Of a stretch of 64,000 bases of DNA, positions 1 to 11,838 are shown in pieces (the stretch's first letter is position 1; each line of letters begins with the position of its first letter). A program made the position numbers and the translations under genes. Origin of the DNA: Eledone cirrhosa (lineage: Eukaryota); NCBI GenBank assembly GCA_964016885.1, contig OZ024740.1, positions 236,096,001 to 236,160,000 of the forward strand, written 5' to 3'. The notes under the pieces were generated by a model. It saw only the letters and a program-made list of their open reading frames with translations. It searched no databases and was not told where the DNA came from.

Positions 1-255
1 GACACTTTATTTCACATTGCTCCAGTTTACTCAGCTGTAGAAATGAGATGATAGGGACTGAGGTCCCTATCATTCCACTGCAAAGTGGTCGTGGAGGTGC
101 CACGGCAAAAAAGCACCCAGCACTCACTGTAAATGAGGTTGGTGTTAGGAAGGGCATCCAGCTGTAGAAATCAAGCCAGATTCAGTTTCCGTCCCACCCT
201 TGCAAGCAGGGAAAAAGCGGACGTAAAATGAAATGATGATGATGATGATGATGAT
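1..255 (+). mobile_element. tRNA-derived CORE-like SINE with RTE-derived body and (GAT)n tail, 5' part cut off by the window edge
   Basis: Near-identical to 51575-51820: gacactttatttcacattgctccag, then ggttggtgttaggaagggcatccagc, then cttgcaagcaggg..cggacgt(gat)n. Confidence 0.85.
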
Positions 256-323
256 AACCCATGCTAGCGTGGAAGATGGAGGTTAAACGATGATGATGAT
301 GATGATATATATACCTATATTTA

Positions 324-424
324 CAGGGTGTCCCCAAAAATATATACACGCTTCAACAACATTCTAATGAATATTGCCTGTACAGGTAATCAAAGTGTGT
401 ATACATTTTTGAGGGGGCACCCTG
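324..424. mobile_element. Tc1/mariner-type MITE
   Basis: TIRs cagggtgtcccc-aaaaa-tatatacac / gtgtatacatttttgagggggcaccctg, with TA at the left flank. Confidence 0.6.
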
Positions 425-425
425 A

Positions 426-461
<36 letters not shown>

Positions 462-876
462 GTGTGTGTGTGTATATATGTGTGTGTATGTTTATAGATG
501 AAATAAAAGAGAGAGAGAGAGACAGAGAGAGAGAAGAAGAGTGAGGAAAAGAGAGTTAGTTACCAGCCACAGCATCACTAAGTAGGTGGCTATGAGACTA
601 TTCTGAGATAAATCTATTGCCGGAAATTGGTATTTATTAGACTTGGATATAATAATCATTTCTCCAAGACTTCCTCTGTTTTATCACCTCCTCCTCTCCC
701 CCTCCCCTATCACTCTCTATCCCCCTCTCTCTTCCTCTCTCTCTCTCTCCCTCCCTCTGACAGTTCTTCAGGCATCACAGATGTACAGATAATCAATATA
801 TATTGAGATGGGCAGCTCTGTTACACTGCAAAGTTACTGCACTGCTACTGCTGTTATTACTGCTTCTTCACTTCCG

Positions 877-1256
<380 letters not shown>

Positions 1257-2103
1257 AAAAATGCTTTCAAGGAAAGGCTGGATATATGTATGTGTGCATG
1301 TGCCTGTGTGTGTGTGTGAGCGTGTGTGTGTGTATATGTGTGTGTATGTGTGTGTGCGTGTGTGTGTGTGAGTGTGTGTGTATATGTGTGTGTGTGTGTG
1401 TATATGTGTATGTGTGTGTGTGTGTGTGTGTGTAAAATTAATTTATATGTTCTATGGTGTGTTACTGCTATATATACTGCTATATAAAGTCAGTGAGGTA
1501 GCTGCTATGTAGTCACTGGGCACGTTAGAACTAGCAACCAAATCTTCTACAAATTACATACCACTATCCTGAAAAAGGAGTGATGGAATGCATTAACTAT
1601 GATGATCATTACACATACAAACAGAGAGGGGGAGGAAGAGAGAGGAGGAGGAGAGGGGAAGAGAGAGGGGGATGAGAGGGGAGGGAGGGGAGGAGAGAGT
1701 GAAAGGAAGAGAGAGAGAGGGAGATAATAAAGTTACATAAGCTACACATGGCACATTTTAATTCCAAACGAGATATTTATCATAAAAGTACTCAACAATG
1801 AGTCAATTAAATCATATTAGTAATAGTTATGACATTTACTAGTAAATGGGTTTGATGGATTGTTACAGACCAAGTCAATTTTAAAGAGAAGCTACTGACC
1901 ACTCTTGGGGCTGGGGGCATGAATCTTGCTAATACTTCATTATATAAACATTAATACTATTGCAAATCAACAATTTGGACACATATTAATATAAATACAT
2001 AATTTAGATCTCAGTTGTTGATTTGTGATTGTGCCACTGTTTATATAACAAATTCTATAAATTATACTTGAAATGTATAGAAATATATTTTTGATTCACA
2101 TAT

Positions 2104-2745
2104 TGTAAAGTGGTTGTGTAGGTGTCATGACAAAAAGCACCCAGCCCACACTATAAAGTGATCATGTAGGTGTCACGATTAAAAGCATGCAGTACTCACG
2201 GAAAATGTAGTCATGTAGGTGTCACGAAAAAAGCAGCCAGCCCACACTGTAAAGTGATTGTATAGATGTCATGACAAAAAGCAGCCAGCCCACACTGTAA
2301 AGTGCTTGTCTAGGTGTCATGACAAAAAGCAACCAGTTCACGCTGTAAAGTGGTCATGTAGGTGACACAACAAAAAACACCCAGCCTACACTGTAAAGTG
2401 GTCGTGTAGGTGGCACAACAAAAAACACCCAGCCCACACTGTAAAGTGGTCATGTAGGTGTCACAATAAAAAGCACCCAGCCCACACTGTAAAGTGTTCA
2501 TGTAGGTCACGACAAAGAGCACCCAGCATACACTGTAAAGTGGTTGTGTAGGTGTCATAACAAAATTCACCTAGCCCACACTGTAAATATGGTTGGCATT
2601 AGGAAGGGCATCCAGCTGTAGAAATCTAGCCAGAAACAGTTCTATATGAGCAAGACATGGTCACCTGAAATGAACTTGCCTCAAATGGGACGACCTATCT
2701 AAACCATGCTAGTGTGGAAAATTGACGTTAAACAATGATGATGAT
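2104..2745 (+). repeat. Ten tandem ~48-nt units followed by the RTE 5'-UTR-like motif and RTE 3' tail
   Basis: Unit tgtaaagtggtcgtgtaggtgtcacgacaaaaagcacccagcccacac starts at about 2104, 2152, 2200, 2248, 2296, 2344, 2392, 2440, 2488 and 2534. It is followed by ggttggcattaggaagggcatccagc and catgctagtgtggaaaattgacgttaaac(gat)n. Confidence 0.9.
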
Positions 2746-3488
2746 TTCTGGGAATGCCCCTCAGTCATTTCAAGGACATGACAATCTTCCTAATGCAGGT
2801 CATCAACATGATAAACACACCCAGTACATGTTGTAAAGTGGTTGATGATAGGAAAGGCATCCAGCTATAGAAAGCTTGCCAAACAAAGGGTTGGGAGGAC
2901 CCTCAGTTGTGTCAAGGACATGATAACCTCTCCTGTGCACTCAGTGGAACATGAGACTGTACATAAGGAAAGACACAGATCTCTGACCTGTCTGGGAGAT
3001 CAGTGGCTCCACTTTAGTACTAACTTCGTCTATGTAGACTTGTCCAACTCTTGCTAGCATGGAAAGCAAACATTAAAATTACAATGTTGATGATGATGAT
3101 ATTGCATTAAGCACTTTATTTGGGGGAACATAAATAAGATATGTGGGACTAAATAAAGATGCACCCTATGCAATATTAGTGGGCATGAACAATGAAGTAC
3201 AGATAAATTGATGAGTTGGGTATAAGAAAAACCAAATACTGTATGGAAGAGAGAAAGAAGATTGTACAGGTACAGACATGTAATGTCAATGGATGATGAC
3301 AGTTGGATAAAGATGTGACAAGAAATTCAAATGAAAGGAAGTTGTGGAGGAGAAAGATTAAGGCAGAAGTGATGAAAGCTAATCTCAGGATGCTGAATCT
3401 CACAAAGAAGATGATGAAAGAATGCAACGAGTATTGAAAAGCAAACACACATATATATATATATAATATTAAGAAGAATAAGAATAAG

Positions 3489-3835
3489 AATAATACAAGG
3501 ATGATTTGTTAGGCCTTCATCGTGTTTATTGATTGGTGATGCATGTTTCGTTATTGATCAGCTCAAGGTTCGATCTGTATCGATCTGGCCCAACTCTGGA
3601 ATGAAAAGCTCGTCGGACCTCTGCTGTTGTAATAGCAAGATTGATACAGATCGAACCTTGAGCTGATCAATAGTGAAACACGCATCACCAATCAATAAAC
3701 ATGATGAAGGCCTAACAAATCATCCTTGTATTATTATATTTACACCCTGTTTAGCTCTACACCTCGCTACAAGTGTGAATCTAAACATCGAGTACTCACC
3801 TGGGTGAACTTACAGTAACTTCACGTTATGCTCCC
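3489..3835 (+). mobile_element. Fold-back Penelope-like pLTR relic (inverted repeat ~3489-3733 plus 3' tail)
   Basis: Arms of ~100 bp, each carrying an HHR-like 3' half (GAAAca(t/c)gcaTC). The tail ends in (TA)n. Confidence 0.6.
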
Positions 3836-5282
3836 TATATATATATATATATATAGGGACATTTTTATTTATATAGGGACATTTTTAACAAATAGCAATT
3901 TATTGTGTACAACATTCAGTGCACCACCCTTTAACTTAATTCATGCCATTGATTCTCTTGAAATAATCCACTTAGTTCTATATGTTTTTATGTATATATC
4001 ATGCCAAGGACATGACAACCTTCCTTGTGCTAGTGTCATGATAAATATACCCAGTACACTCTGTAAAGGGGATGACATTAAGAAGAGCATCCAGATGTAG
4101 AAATGGAATGTACGAATAAGATGTGATTCCCTAAGAACAGTAACTTTGAATAAGAACTAATTCAGACCTTTATGACTCATACAACACATTCAACCTTCAG
4201 CGCGCTCTAGGCACCTCATGTTGCCAATAGAGTAATCTCCCCTTAATACATAATGCAGTGTCAGAGGAAACAATTCATAAAAATATTCAGTGTGTTAAAG
4301 ATTAAACATTGTCAGAACTTACCCCATTAAGCCAGATATTGGATAAACTAGATGAAAAATGAATTAAGAGACTGGCTGTTAGTGTTGACTTTTGCTGTCA
4401 TCTCTCAGTATCAGTGCTGGTATTTCAGGGTTTAGACATTTCTCAGCATTGTACTTAACATCATAGCTTCAATGATGTAACAATCTAAAGACAAAGCAAC
4501 TAGAATTTATGGGGAAGTTATAGGGCAATACTTCGGGTGAGAGTTAGTGATAAGTATGGTATTAAAAGGCATTTTGGGACATATGTATGGCTGAAGACAA
4601 ACTCTCAGTATTTCTCTTTCAATATAATGTTGGTGCAGATGTTACATTATTATCTGTCAGTGCAAAGAAGTGGAATTGAGTTGCAATAAAATACAAAGTG
4701 ATTTATTCAACAAATATCCTAGAGTACCATTGTGTTGAGATAAAGGTTGTGATGGTGCTACAACAAAATACACTTAGCTCACCCTGTAAAGTGATAGTGC
4801 TGGTGCCTTGATAAAAAAACACTTAGTTTAACTTGTAAGGTGCTGGAGTCATGATAAAATGCTCCCAGTATATGTTGTAGAGTGATTAACCTTAGGAAGG
4901 GCATCCAGCCATAGAAATAACATTAGAAAGAAAAAAAGATGTGGTCATTGAAATGATCTTGCTTCAGAATATAACAACATACATCATGCAAACAAACAAA
5001 ATCGCACTTTTGGGGAAAAAATTCAATTAATTGATTAATAGTTTATTTTCCCTAGTTTTGTTCTAGTATATCTTATTCACCATAAACTACATGTATTCCC
5101 AATATTGCATATGTATATAATACTAAGCCCTATCATCACCACTGCTTTTATTAGTATATTTAAATAAGAGGGACTGTATGTATGTATGTATGTATGTATG
5201 TATGTATGTATGTATGTATGTATGTATGTATGTATGCATGTATGTATGTATGAATGTATGTGTGTATGTATGTATGTATGTG

Positions 5283-5341
<59 letters not shown>

Positions 5342-5370
5342 ATTATGTAATAAACAACATAAGGCAATTA

Positions 5371-5430
5371 TTCCATTTACCAGTGGTTTCTTAAAAGCAA
5401 AAGGTTTTGCTTTCAATCCTCAGAATGAAA
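5371..5430 (-). ncRNA. Type I hammerhead ribozyme (inverted copy of 5517-5576)
   Basis: Reverse complement of 5517-5576 inside a near-perfect palindrome at 5335-5612 centred on 5473/5474. Confidence 0.85.
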
Positions 5431-5516
5431 AATCCTGGTTTGTTTATTGAATATGGATTCTAAAAACAAAAATGTTTTTGTTTTTAGAATCCATATTCAA
5501 TAAACAAACCAGGATT

Positions 5517-5576
5517 TTTCATTCTGAGGATTGAAAGCAAAACCTTTTGCTTTTAAGAAACCACTGGTAAATGGAA
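5517..5576 (+). ncRNA. Type I hammerhead ribozyme
   Basis: tttcatt-CTGAGGA-ttgaaagcaaaa/ttttgcttttaa-GAAA-ccactgg-TA-aatggaa. Stems I, II and III all pair. GUA cleavage triplet, cut after 5569. Confidence 0.85.
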
Positions 5577-5852
5577 TAATTGCCTTATGTTGCTTATTAC
5601 ATAATAATAATAATTAAGCTCTGTTGCATACATAGAGCACTCTTTTTTCCTGGACTTTTCCGATGGAATTACTTCATTTACACATATATATATATATATA
5701 TATATATACAGAGAGAGAAAAAGGTTGGATGACCACTATTAGTATACAGAGATGACCACAAATCAATGAAGTGGTCAATACATTTTAAGATACAATATGA
5801 ATGGATTTATTATGAGCTATATATATATATGTGTGTGTGTATATATATATAT

Positions 5853-6060
5853 AACAAAGAAAATATGGTAAGGAACCAGATGGACCATAACGCACCAAAG
5901 TACTCAATACTTAGGGTAGTAAAGTGGGTAATAGGAACGGGTAGGACCCCGACGGCTGAGCTCAAGCCGTTTCGACGGCTAATTCTGGACTAAAAATTTT
6001 GTCCAGAATTATCCGTCGAAATGGCTTGAGCTCAGCCGTCGGGGTCCTACTCATTCCTAT
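5853..6060 (-). mobile_element. TA-inserted fold-back element, family A (PLE pLTR-like, HHR 3' half)
   Basis: Palindrome around gacggctaattctggac/gtccagaattatccgtc, then GAAA-(c/t)ggc-ttgagctca-gccg-TC. Further copies at 8664-8871, 9760-9960, 10091-10300, 32575-32800, 56301-56499, 60196-60378 and a partial copy at 19805-19862. Confidence 0.8.
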
Positions 6061-6064
6061 ATAT

Positions 6065-6697
6065 ATCATCATCATCATCATCATCATCATCAACGTTTAA
6101 CGTCCGTGTTCCACGCTTGCATGGGTTTGGACGGGGGTATTCCCACTTGAGGCAAGAGTGATTGTCTTGCTCGCATAGGACTGTCTGGCAGGTTTTCTAA
6201 AGTTGGATGCCCTTCCTAACACCAACCACATTTACAGTGTGGGTCTGGGAGGTTTTTACCGTGTTGCCTACACGGCCACATTACAGCGTGGGACTGTGTG
6301 TTTTTTTGTCGTGACACCTACACGATCTCATTTGTTTCGGCCTGGGTGGTGTGGCACCAACATAACTTTACAAGAAGGGGGCGGTGTGGATGTGGTGGGG
6401 GTGGTGGGACGGGGGTGTATTTTGTTAGAGATGCCTACTGACTGTAGTAGGTTTTACTTTGTATTTAGGTAAGGCGGGTCTTCTCTATTACTGAGTACCG
6501 CCAAAGGTCTCGGTCCAGTGACATTGTCTTGGTGAGGTGTAAGTGTGTGAGGTCGGAGTTTATCAGCTCGTCCCAGGTTATTCTAGGTCTGCTTATTCCG
6601 TGGCTACCGTCTATCTTTATTGCCCTGCACTTTGTTATACAGCTATCGTCCTTCATGCGCATCACGTGACCATACCAACGTAGCCTTCTCTCTAGTA

Positions 6698-6703
<6 letters not shown>
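6065..6703 (-). mobile_element. 5'-truncated RTE LINE family B (ORF C-terminus, long 3' UTR, (GAT)n tail)
   Basis: ORF 6465-6794 contains ERRLRWYGHVMRM...RPRITWDELI...DRDLWR, matching 42079-42882. Confidence 0.9.
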
Positions 6704-6740
<37 letters not shown>

Positions 6741-6827
6741 GTAGGAGGTGAGTTTTATTGTAGTACAATGTTGATTTAAAACTACACTATCCACAAGTGT
6801 TTTTTAGCCTTCATATCATGTTCTCCT

Positions 6828-6892
6828 GTTTTATCTGATGAAAACACAAATATTATTGCATGATGATGTTTTTGAAATGCGCATAATAAAAT
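6828..6892 (+). ncRNA. Minimal type I hammerhead ribozyme
   Basis: gttttat-CTGATGA-aaaca...tgttt(tt)-GAAA-tgcgca-TA-ataaaat. Palindromic stem III, AUA triplet. Second copy at 39625-39693. Confidence 0.75.
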
Positions 6893-6923
6893 ACATGGAA
6901 CTCCTTTAACCATCTTTTGATCT

Positions 6924-6991
<68 letters not shown>

Positions 6992-7255
6992 TAATCCACC
7001 TGGTTGTGGTGGGGGTGATAACGTTGTTAAAACTCAAAGTGTCCTGAGGAGCACGGTCGATTGGACAGGGATTTCAAGACTAGAAATAGGCATTAACTTT
7101 ACCATTACCATGCTAGTTGATACATTGATCTCCATCTACCAATCAATCCTCTGAAACAATTTTAAAACAATGAACTAACTATCTACCTACATCTGACTTC
7201 TGTTTTTGTATTGTTCTATGCACAAACACATACAACATATTTATAAATATATATA

Positions 7256-7315
<60 letters not shown>

Positions 7316-7334
7316 TCATCATCCATCATCATCG

Positions 7335-7374
<40 letters not shown>

Positions 7375-7670
7375 ATCATCATCATTTAACATCTATCATG
7401 CATGCTAGCATGTGTAGGACAGGTTGACCCTTAGGTAGAGAATCAGGTCAGAGGACCATGTTTAGCTCACTCGGGGTTAGCTCACTCGGGGAAGATATGT
7501 ATATATATATATATATATATATATGAGCAAGGTATGGTCAGCCGACCAGACACTGCCCACAACAGGACAACCCGTCTAACCCATGCTAGCGTGGAAGAAC
7601 GGACGTAAAACGGTGATGATGATGATGATGATGAAATATAAATATATATTTATTAAAATAACAGTTTAAA

Positions 7671-7719
7671 GTTTAAGCAAAGAATCGCTGCTTTCACCCT
7701 TAATGGGATCTTCTGACAC
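7671..7719 (-). ncRNA. Hammerhead variant (CAGAAGA core) in a fold-back element at 7645-7850
   Basis: Reverse complement: gtgt-CAGAAGA-tccc-attaa-gggt-GAAA-gca..tgc-TT-aaac. Same family as 44762-44810. Confidence 0.55.
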
Positions 7720-7856
7720 TCTAATCTGCTTAAACATTAATCTGTTATTTTAATAAATATTTGCTCTACAGTTTTTATATATATTTATATATATATTATC
7801 CTTATCGAACCCTCTTCGGATTTTAGTCTTCACATTTATTATTATTACTATATATA

Positions 7857-8130
7857 TGCATAATCAATTTGTACGATAAATAATATAGAGAATTCATAAT
7901 TGATAGGCCACATGTTTTGATAACTGGATTTAATCATCTCAATGGCTTTTAATTATGAAGAAAATTTTCTTCATATTTAAAAGCCATTGAGATGATTAAA
8001 TTCAGTCATTGAAACACATGTCCTATTAATTATGACTTCTCTGTATTCTTTGTAGTGTAAATTAATTATGTATATCATATCTTGTCCACAGACTTGAGTT
8101 GCTCTAAAATTTTGGATTTTCACCAACTAG
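7857..8130 (+). mobile_element. Diverged fold-back element centred near 7963, with an HHR 3' half
   Basis: Arms of ~100 bp around gaagaaaattttcttc. The right arm has GAAAcacatGTC. TA-flanked. Confidence 0.6.
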
Positions 8131-8232
8131 TATATATATATCTATGTATATTTAAAATTTAGTTCCAATATAGCTGTATATATACAAGTATGTGAATTTC
8201 ATATATCTAAAGATATATGGTATGTTTAATAA

Positions 8233-8555
8233 ATAAACATTTTGAAAGCCCAGCTATGAATATTGAAAGGCTGACAGCGAGTGTCATCTAGCAGATTCCA
8301 GCAGAAGCAGCAAGGGACAACTGTTTATGCACATTTCAGGCTCTAACCATCATTAGGACAGTGCTTCCCCTACTCTCTACTGGAACTTGAAACAGGCGAA
8401 AGTATATAGTTTCTTCACCTGTGCAGATGGGATGATTAACCTCATTTGCATATGGAGCAGTGTCAGTTGTCTACCCACTACTTCTGCTGGAATCTACTAG
8501 ATGGCGCTAGACATCAGCCTTTCAATATCCATAGCTAGGCTTTCCAAATGTTTAT
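8233..8555. mobile_element. MITE-like inverted-repeat element
   Basis: Imperfect arms of ~90 bp (ataaacattttgaaagcccagctatg..ttgaaaggctga..catctagcagattccagcagaag and its reverse complement). Confidence 0.7.
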
Positions 8556-8589
8556 GTATGAAACATACCGTCTCTCTCTCTCTCTCTCC

Positions 8590-8668
<79 letters not shown>

Positions 8669-9287
8669 AACGAGTGGGACCCCGACGGCTGAGCTCAAGC
8701 CGTTTCGACAGCTAATTCTGGACTAAAATTCTGGACTAAAATTAGCCGTCAAAACGGCTTGAGCTCAGCCGTCGGGGTCCCACTCGTTCCTATTACCCAC
8801 TCTACTACCCTAAGTATTGAGTACTTTGGTGTGTTATGGTCCACCTGGTTCCTTACCACATTTCCTTCGTTGTATATATATATATATATATATATATACA
8901 TACATATATATATGTATATATATATATGTATATAAAGATAGATAGATAAATAGATATAGATATAGATATACATACATACATGCATATACTACATGTACAT
9001 ATATATCCATATATATATGTGTCTGTGTGTGTATGTATATATGTATGTATATATATATTTAATGTCTGCTTTCCCTGCTAGCAAGGATATATATATATAT
9101 ACACACACAAATGAGCATGAAAAAGTATTCATTCATTTCGGAGAGTGTATTGAAGTGCCACAAATGTTACTATTGTGTATTCTGTGTTTGTATCATATCC
9201 TTCAAGGTGAGATCAGCTACCTTGAAAAACGTGCAACAAACAGGAAATTCATGCTAGTAACACTATGAAGATGCAGCTTGAAGTATA

Positions 9288-9362
<75 letters not shown>

Positions 9363-9367
<5 letters not shown>

Positions 9368-9742
9368 TACTACAGTCAGTAGGCACCTCTAACAAAACAC
9401 ACCCCCGTCCCACTACCTCCACCCCACCCACACCACCCCTTTCGGTGTAAAGTTATGTTGGTACCACAACATCCAGCCCGAAACAAATGAGGTCGTGTAG
9501 GTGTCACGACAAAAAAACACACAGTCCACGCTGTAATGTGGTCGTGTAGGTAACACGGTAAAAACCTCCCAGTTCCACACTGTAAATGAGGTTGGTGTTA
9601 GGAAGGGCATCCAGCCGTAGAAAACCCGCCAGACAGTCCTATGCAAGCAAGACAACCACTCTTGCCTCAAGTGGGAAAACTCCCGTCCAAACCCATGCAA
9701 GCGTGGAATATGGACGTTAAACGATGATGATGATGATGATGA
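9363..9742 (+). mobile_element. RTE family B 3'-UTR fragment
   Basis: Homologous to 42865-43268. Other copies: 11210-11583 (+), 20272-20757 (+), 41180-41645 (-), 41660-42000 (-). Confidence 0.85.
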
Positions 9743-9956
9743 TATATATATATATATATAACAAAGGAATTGTGGTAAGGAACCAGATGGACGCACCAGA
9801 GTACTCAATACTTAGGGTAGTAGAGTGGGAAATAGGAAAAAGTATGACCCCCCGATGGCAGAGCTTGAGCCGTTTCGACGGCTATTTCTGGACTAAATTT
9901 AGTTCAGAAATAGCCGTCGAAACAGATTGAGCTCTGTCGTCGGCGGTCATATTTTT

Positions 9957-10006
<50 letters not shown>

Positions 10007-10055
10007 TATTCACTATTTTACATCTGTTTTTCCATGCTTACATTCAATGTGTGTT

Positions 10056-10094
<39 letters not shown>

Positions 10095-10296
10095 AAAAGA
10101 GTCAGGACCCCGACGGTTGAGCTCCGCCCATTTTGACAGCTAGATCCGAACTGCATCCTAGTTCGTATCTAGCTGTCGAAACGGCTGGAGCTCAACCGTC
10201 GGGGTCCTGACTCTTTTCCTATTACCCACTCTACTACCTTAAGTATTGAGTACTCTAGTGCAATATGATCCACCTGGTATCTTACCACACCCTCTT

Positions 10297-10345
<49 letters not shown>

Positions 10346-10549
10346 AAATTGGTATCTACCTGTCTATGGCAGGGCCAATAACATTGTTAAAACTCCATGT
10401 AGTCCAAAAGTAATAATTCCAATGAGGTTAGGTGATGAGAGTTCTTTGTGTAGTAGGCTTTCATCAGATTGGATTTTGTTGAACATTCAAACAAGCTACA
10501 GAGTCTATATATATAGCTCTGCTTATTTGCAGACAAGTGTGTTATATGG

Positions 10550-10970
10550 AGGGAGATGTTTTTATATCAAATTATTTGTAATATTCCTTGGATGGCTGGA
10601 ATAGCAGTGGATATAATGTAAGTTTTCATTTGGTTTCTTGTAGGGGTAGTACAAATTATTCTCCAGATTTAGTGTTACTTCCAAAAAGTTGGCTCAGGTA
10701 AGAGACGTTTGTAAGGTGATTCTGAAACCTAAATTATGGAAAAATTTGATCAGGTGTTTACGGACGTGGTCCATACTCCTGTGAGGGTGACTAGCCCATC
10801 ATCTCTGTACAAACCACTTCCAAATGCAGGAAACTTTTTGTGCTTTATACAGAGATGACGGGCTCATCTACCCCTACAAGAAACCGAATGAGAACTTACA
10901 TTATATCCACCGCTATTCCAACCATCCAAGGAATATTACTAATAATTTGGTAAAAAAACATCTCCATCCT
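10550..10970 (-). pseudogene. Penelope-like element reverse transcriptase fragment with a partial inverted duplicate
   Basis: Minus strand 10550-10815 reads GLYRDDGL..KFFHNLGF..NFLEVTLNL..YPYKKPNENLHYIH.YSSHP. Plus strand 10845-10970 reads LYRDDGLIYPYKKPNENLHYIHRYSNHPRNI. These are PLE RT motifs. Confidence 0.85.
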
Positions 10971-11039
10971 CTTATTCTATATATATATATATAAGAAAAT
11001 GTAAAGTAGTTGTAGATGTTAAAGTCCTTTATTGATAAT

Positions 11040-11114
11040 GCTGTGATACATATTTCAATGATGACAGGGGCCACGTGATTGTGTGTAACCAACACCATGG
11101 GCTCATCAGACAGC
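11040..11114 (-). ncRNA. Hammerhead-like motif with a degenerate stem II
   Basis: Reverse complement: gctgt-CTGATGA-...-GAAA-tatgta-TC-acagc. Stem I is perfect. Lies next to the PLE RT relic. Confidence 0.55.
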
Positions 11115-11610
11115 TTCATTTCATAATAAGATTACACTCTCAAGGCAATCCAAACTTAAACGACTAGGGAACAGACAAAGATGATGTTTTTCAAGCTTTT
11201 TCCCATTCCCTCTTAACCCAATATACACCCCATCCCACGCCCCTAATCCTCCCACTTCTGTCCACACCACCCTTTCTCTGTAAAGTTATGTTGGTACTAC
11301 AGAACATCCAGTCCACACTGTAAAGTGGTCGTGTAAGTGTCACAACAAAAAGCACCCAATCCACACTATAAAGTGGCTGTGAAGCAGACACAGTAAAAAG
11401 GCTCCGAGCCCACACTGTAAATGTGTTGGTGTTAAGAAGGGCATCCAGCCATAGAAACCTAGCCAAAAATAGTTCTTTATGAGCAAGACACGCTCACCTG
11501 ACCAGTCTTGTCTCAAGTGGGACAAACCCGTCCAACCCATGCTAGTGTGGAAGATGGACATTAAACGATGATGATGATGATGATATATATATATAATATA
11601 TATATATATA

Positions 11611-11838
11611 TGTTGAACAATGTAAACAAAAGACAAAGTTTAGTGGTTAATCAGTTCATTGTTTCTTTAAAGACAGTGAGCTGGATCTATGGTACCGTGA
11701 CTAATTATTTAGAGTTACATAACTACTATTGATTAGTCACTCTATCGATTTATCACGATCAATCAACCTTCTGAAATGATTGTAAAACAATGAACTGATC
11801 AAGCACTAAACTTTTTGTTTTCATTGTTCAACATATAT
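11611..11838. mobile_element. TA-flanked element with ~55-bp terminal inverted repeats
   Basis: tgttgaacaatg..tttagtggttaatcagttcattgttt / aaacaatgaactgatcaagcactaaa..cattgttcaaca. Confidence 0.6.

Noticed and set aside
2104-2581. CRISPR-like regular repeat array
   Set aside because: The units are contiguous with no unique spacers, there are no cas genes, the context is eukaryotic, and the unit recurs within retroelements.
4317-4485. Minus-strand exon with a strong GG/gtaagt donor
   Set aside because: All three frames of the longer candidate contain stops, and nothing else supports it.
10380-10475. Minus-strand CTGATGA next to the Penelope RT relic
   Set aside because: No correctly placed GAAA/stem III partner was found.
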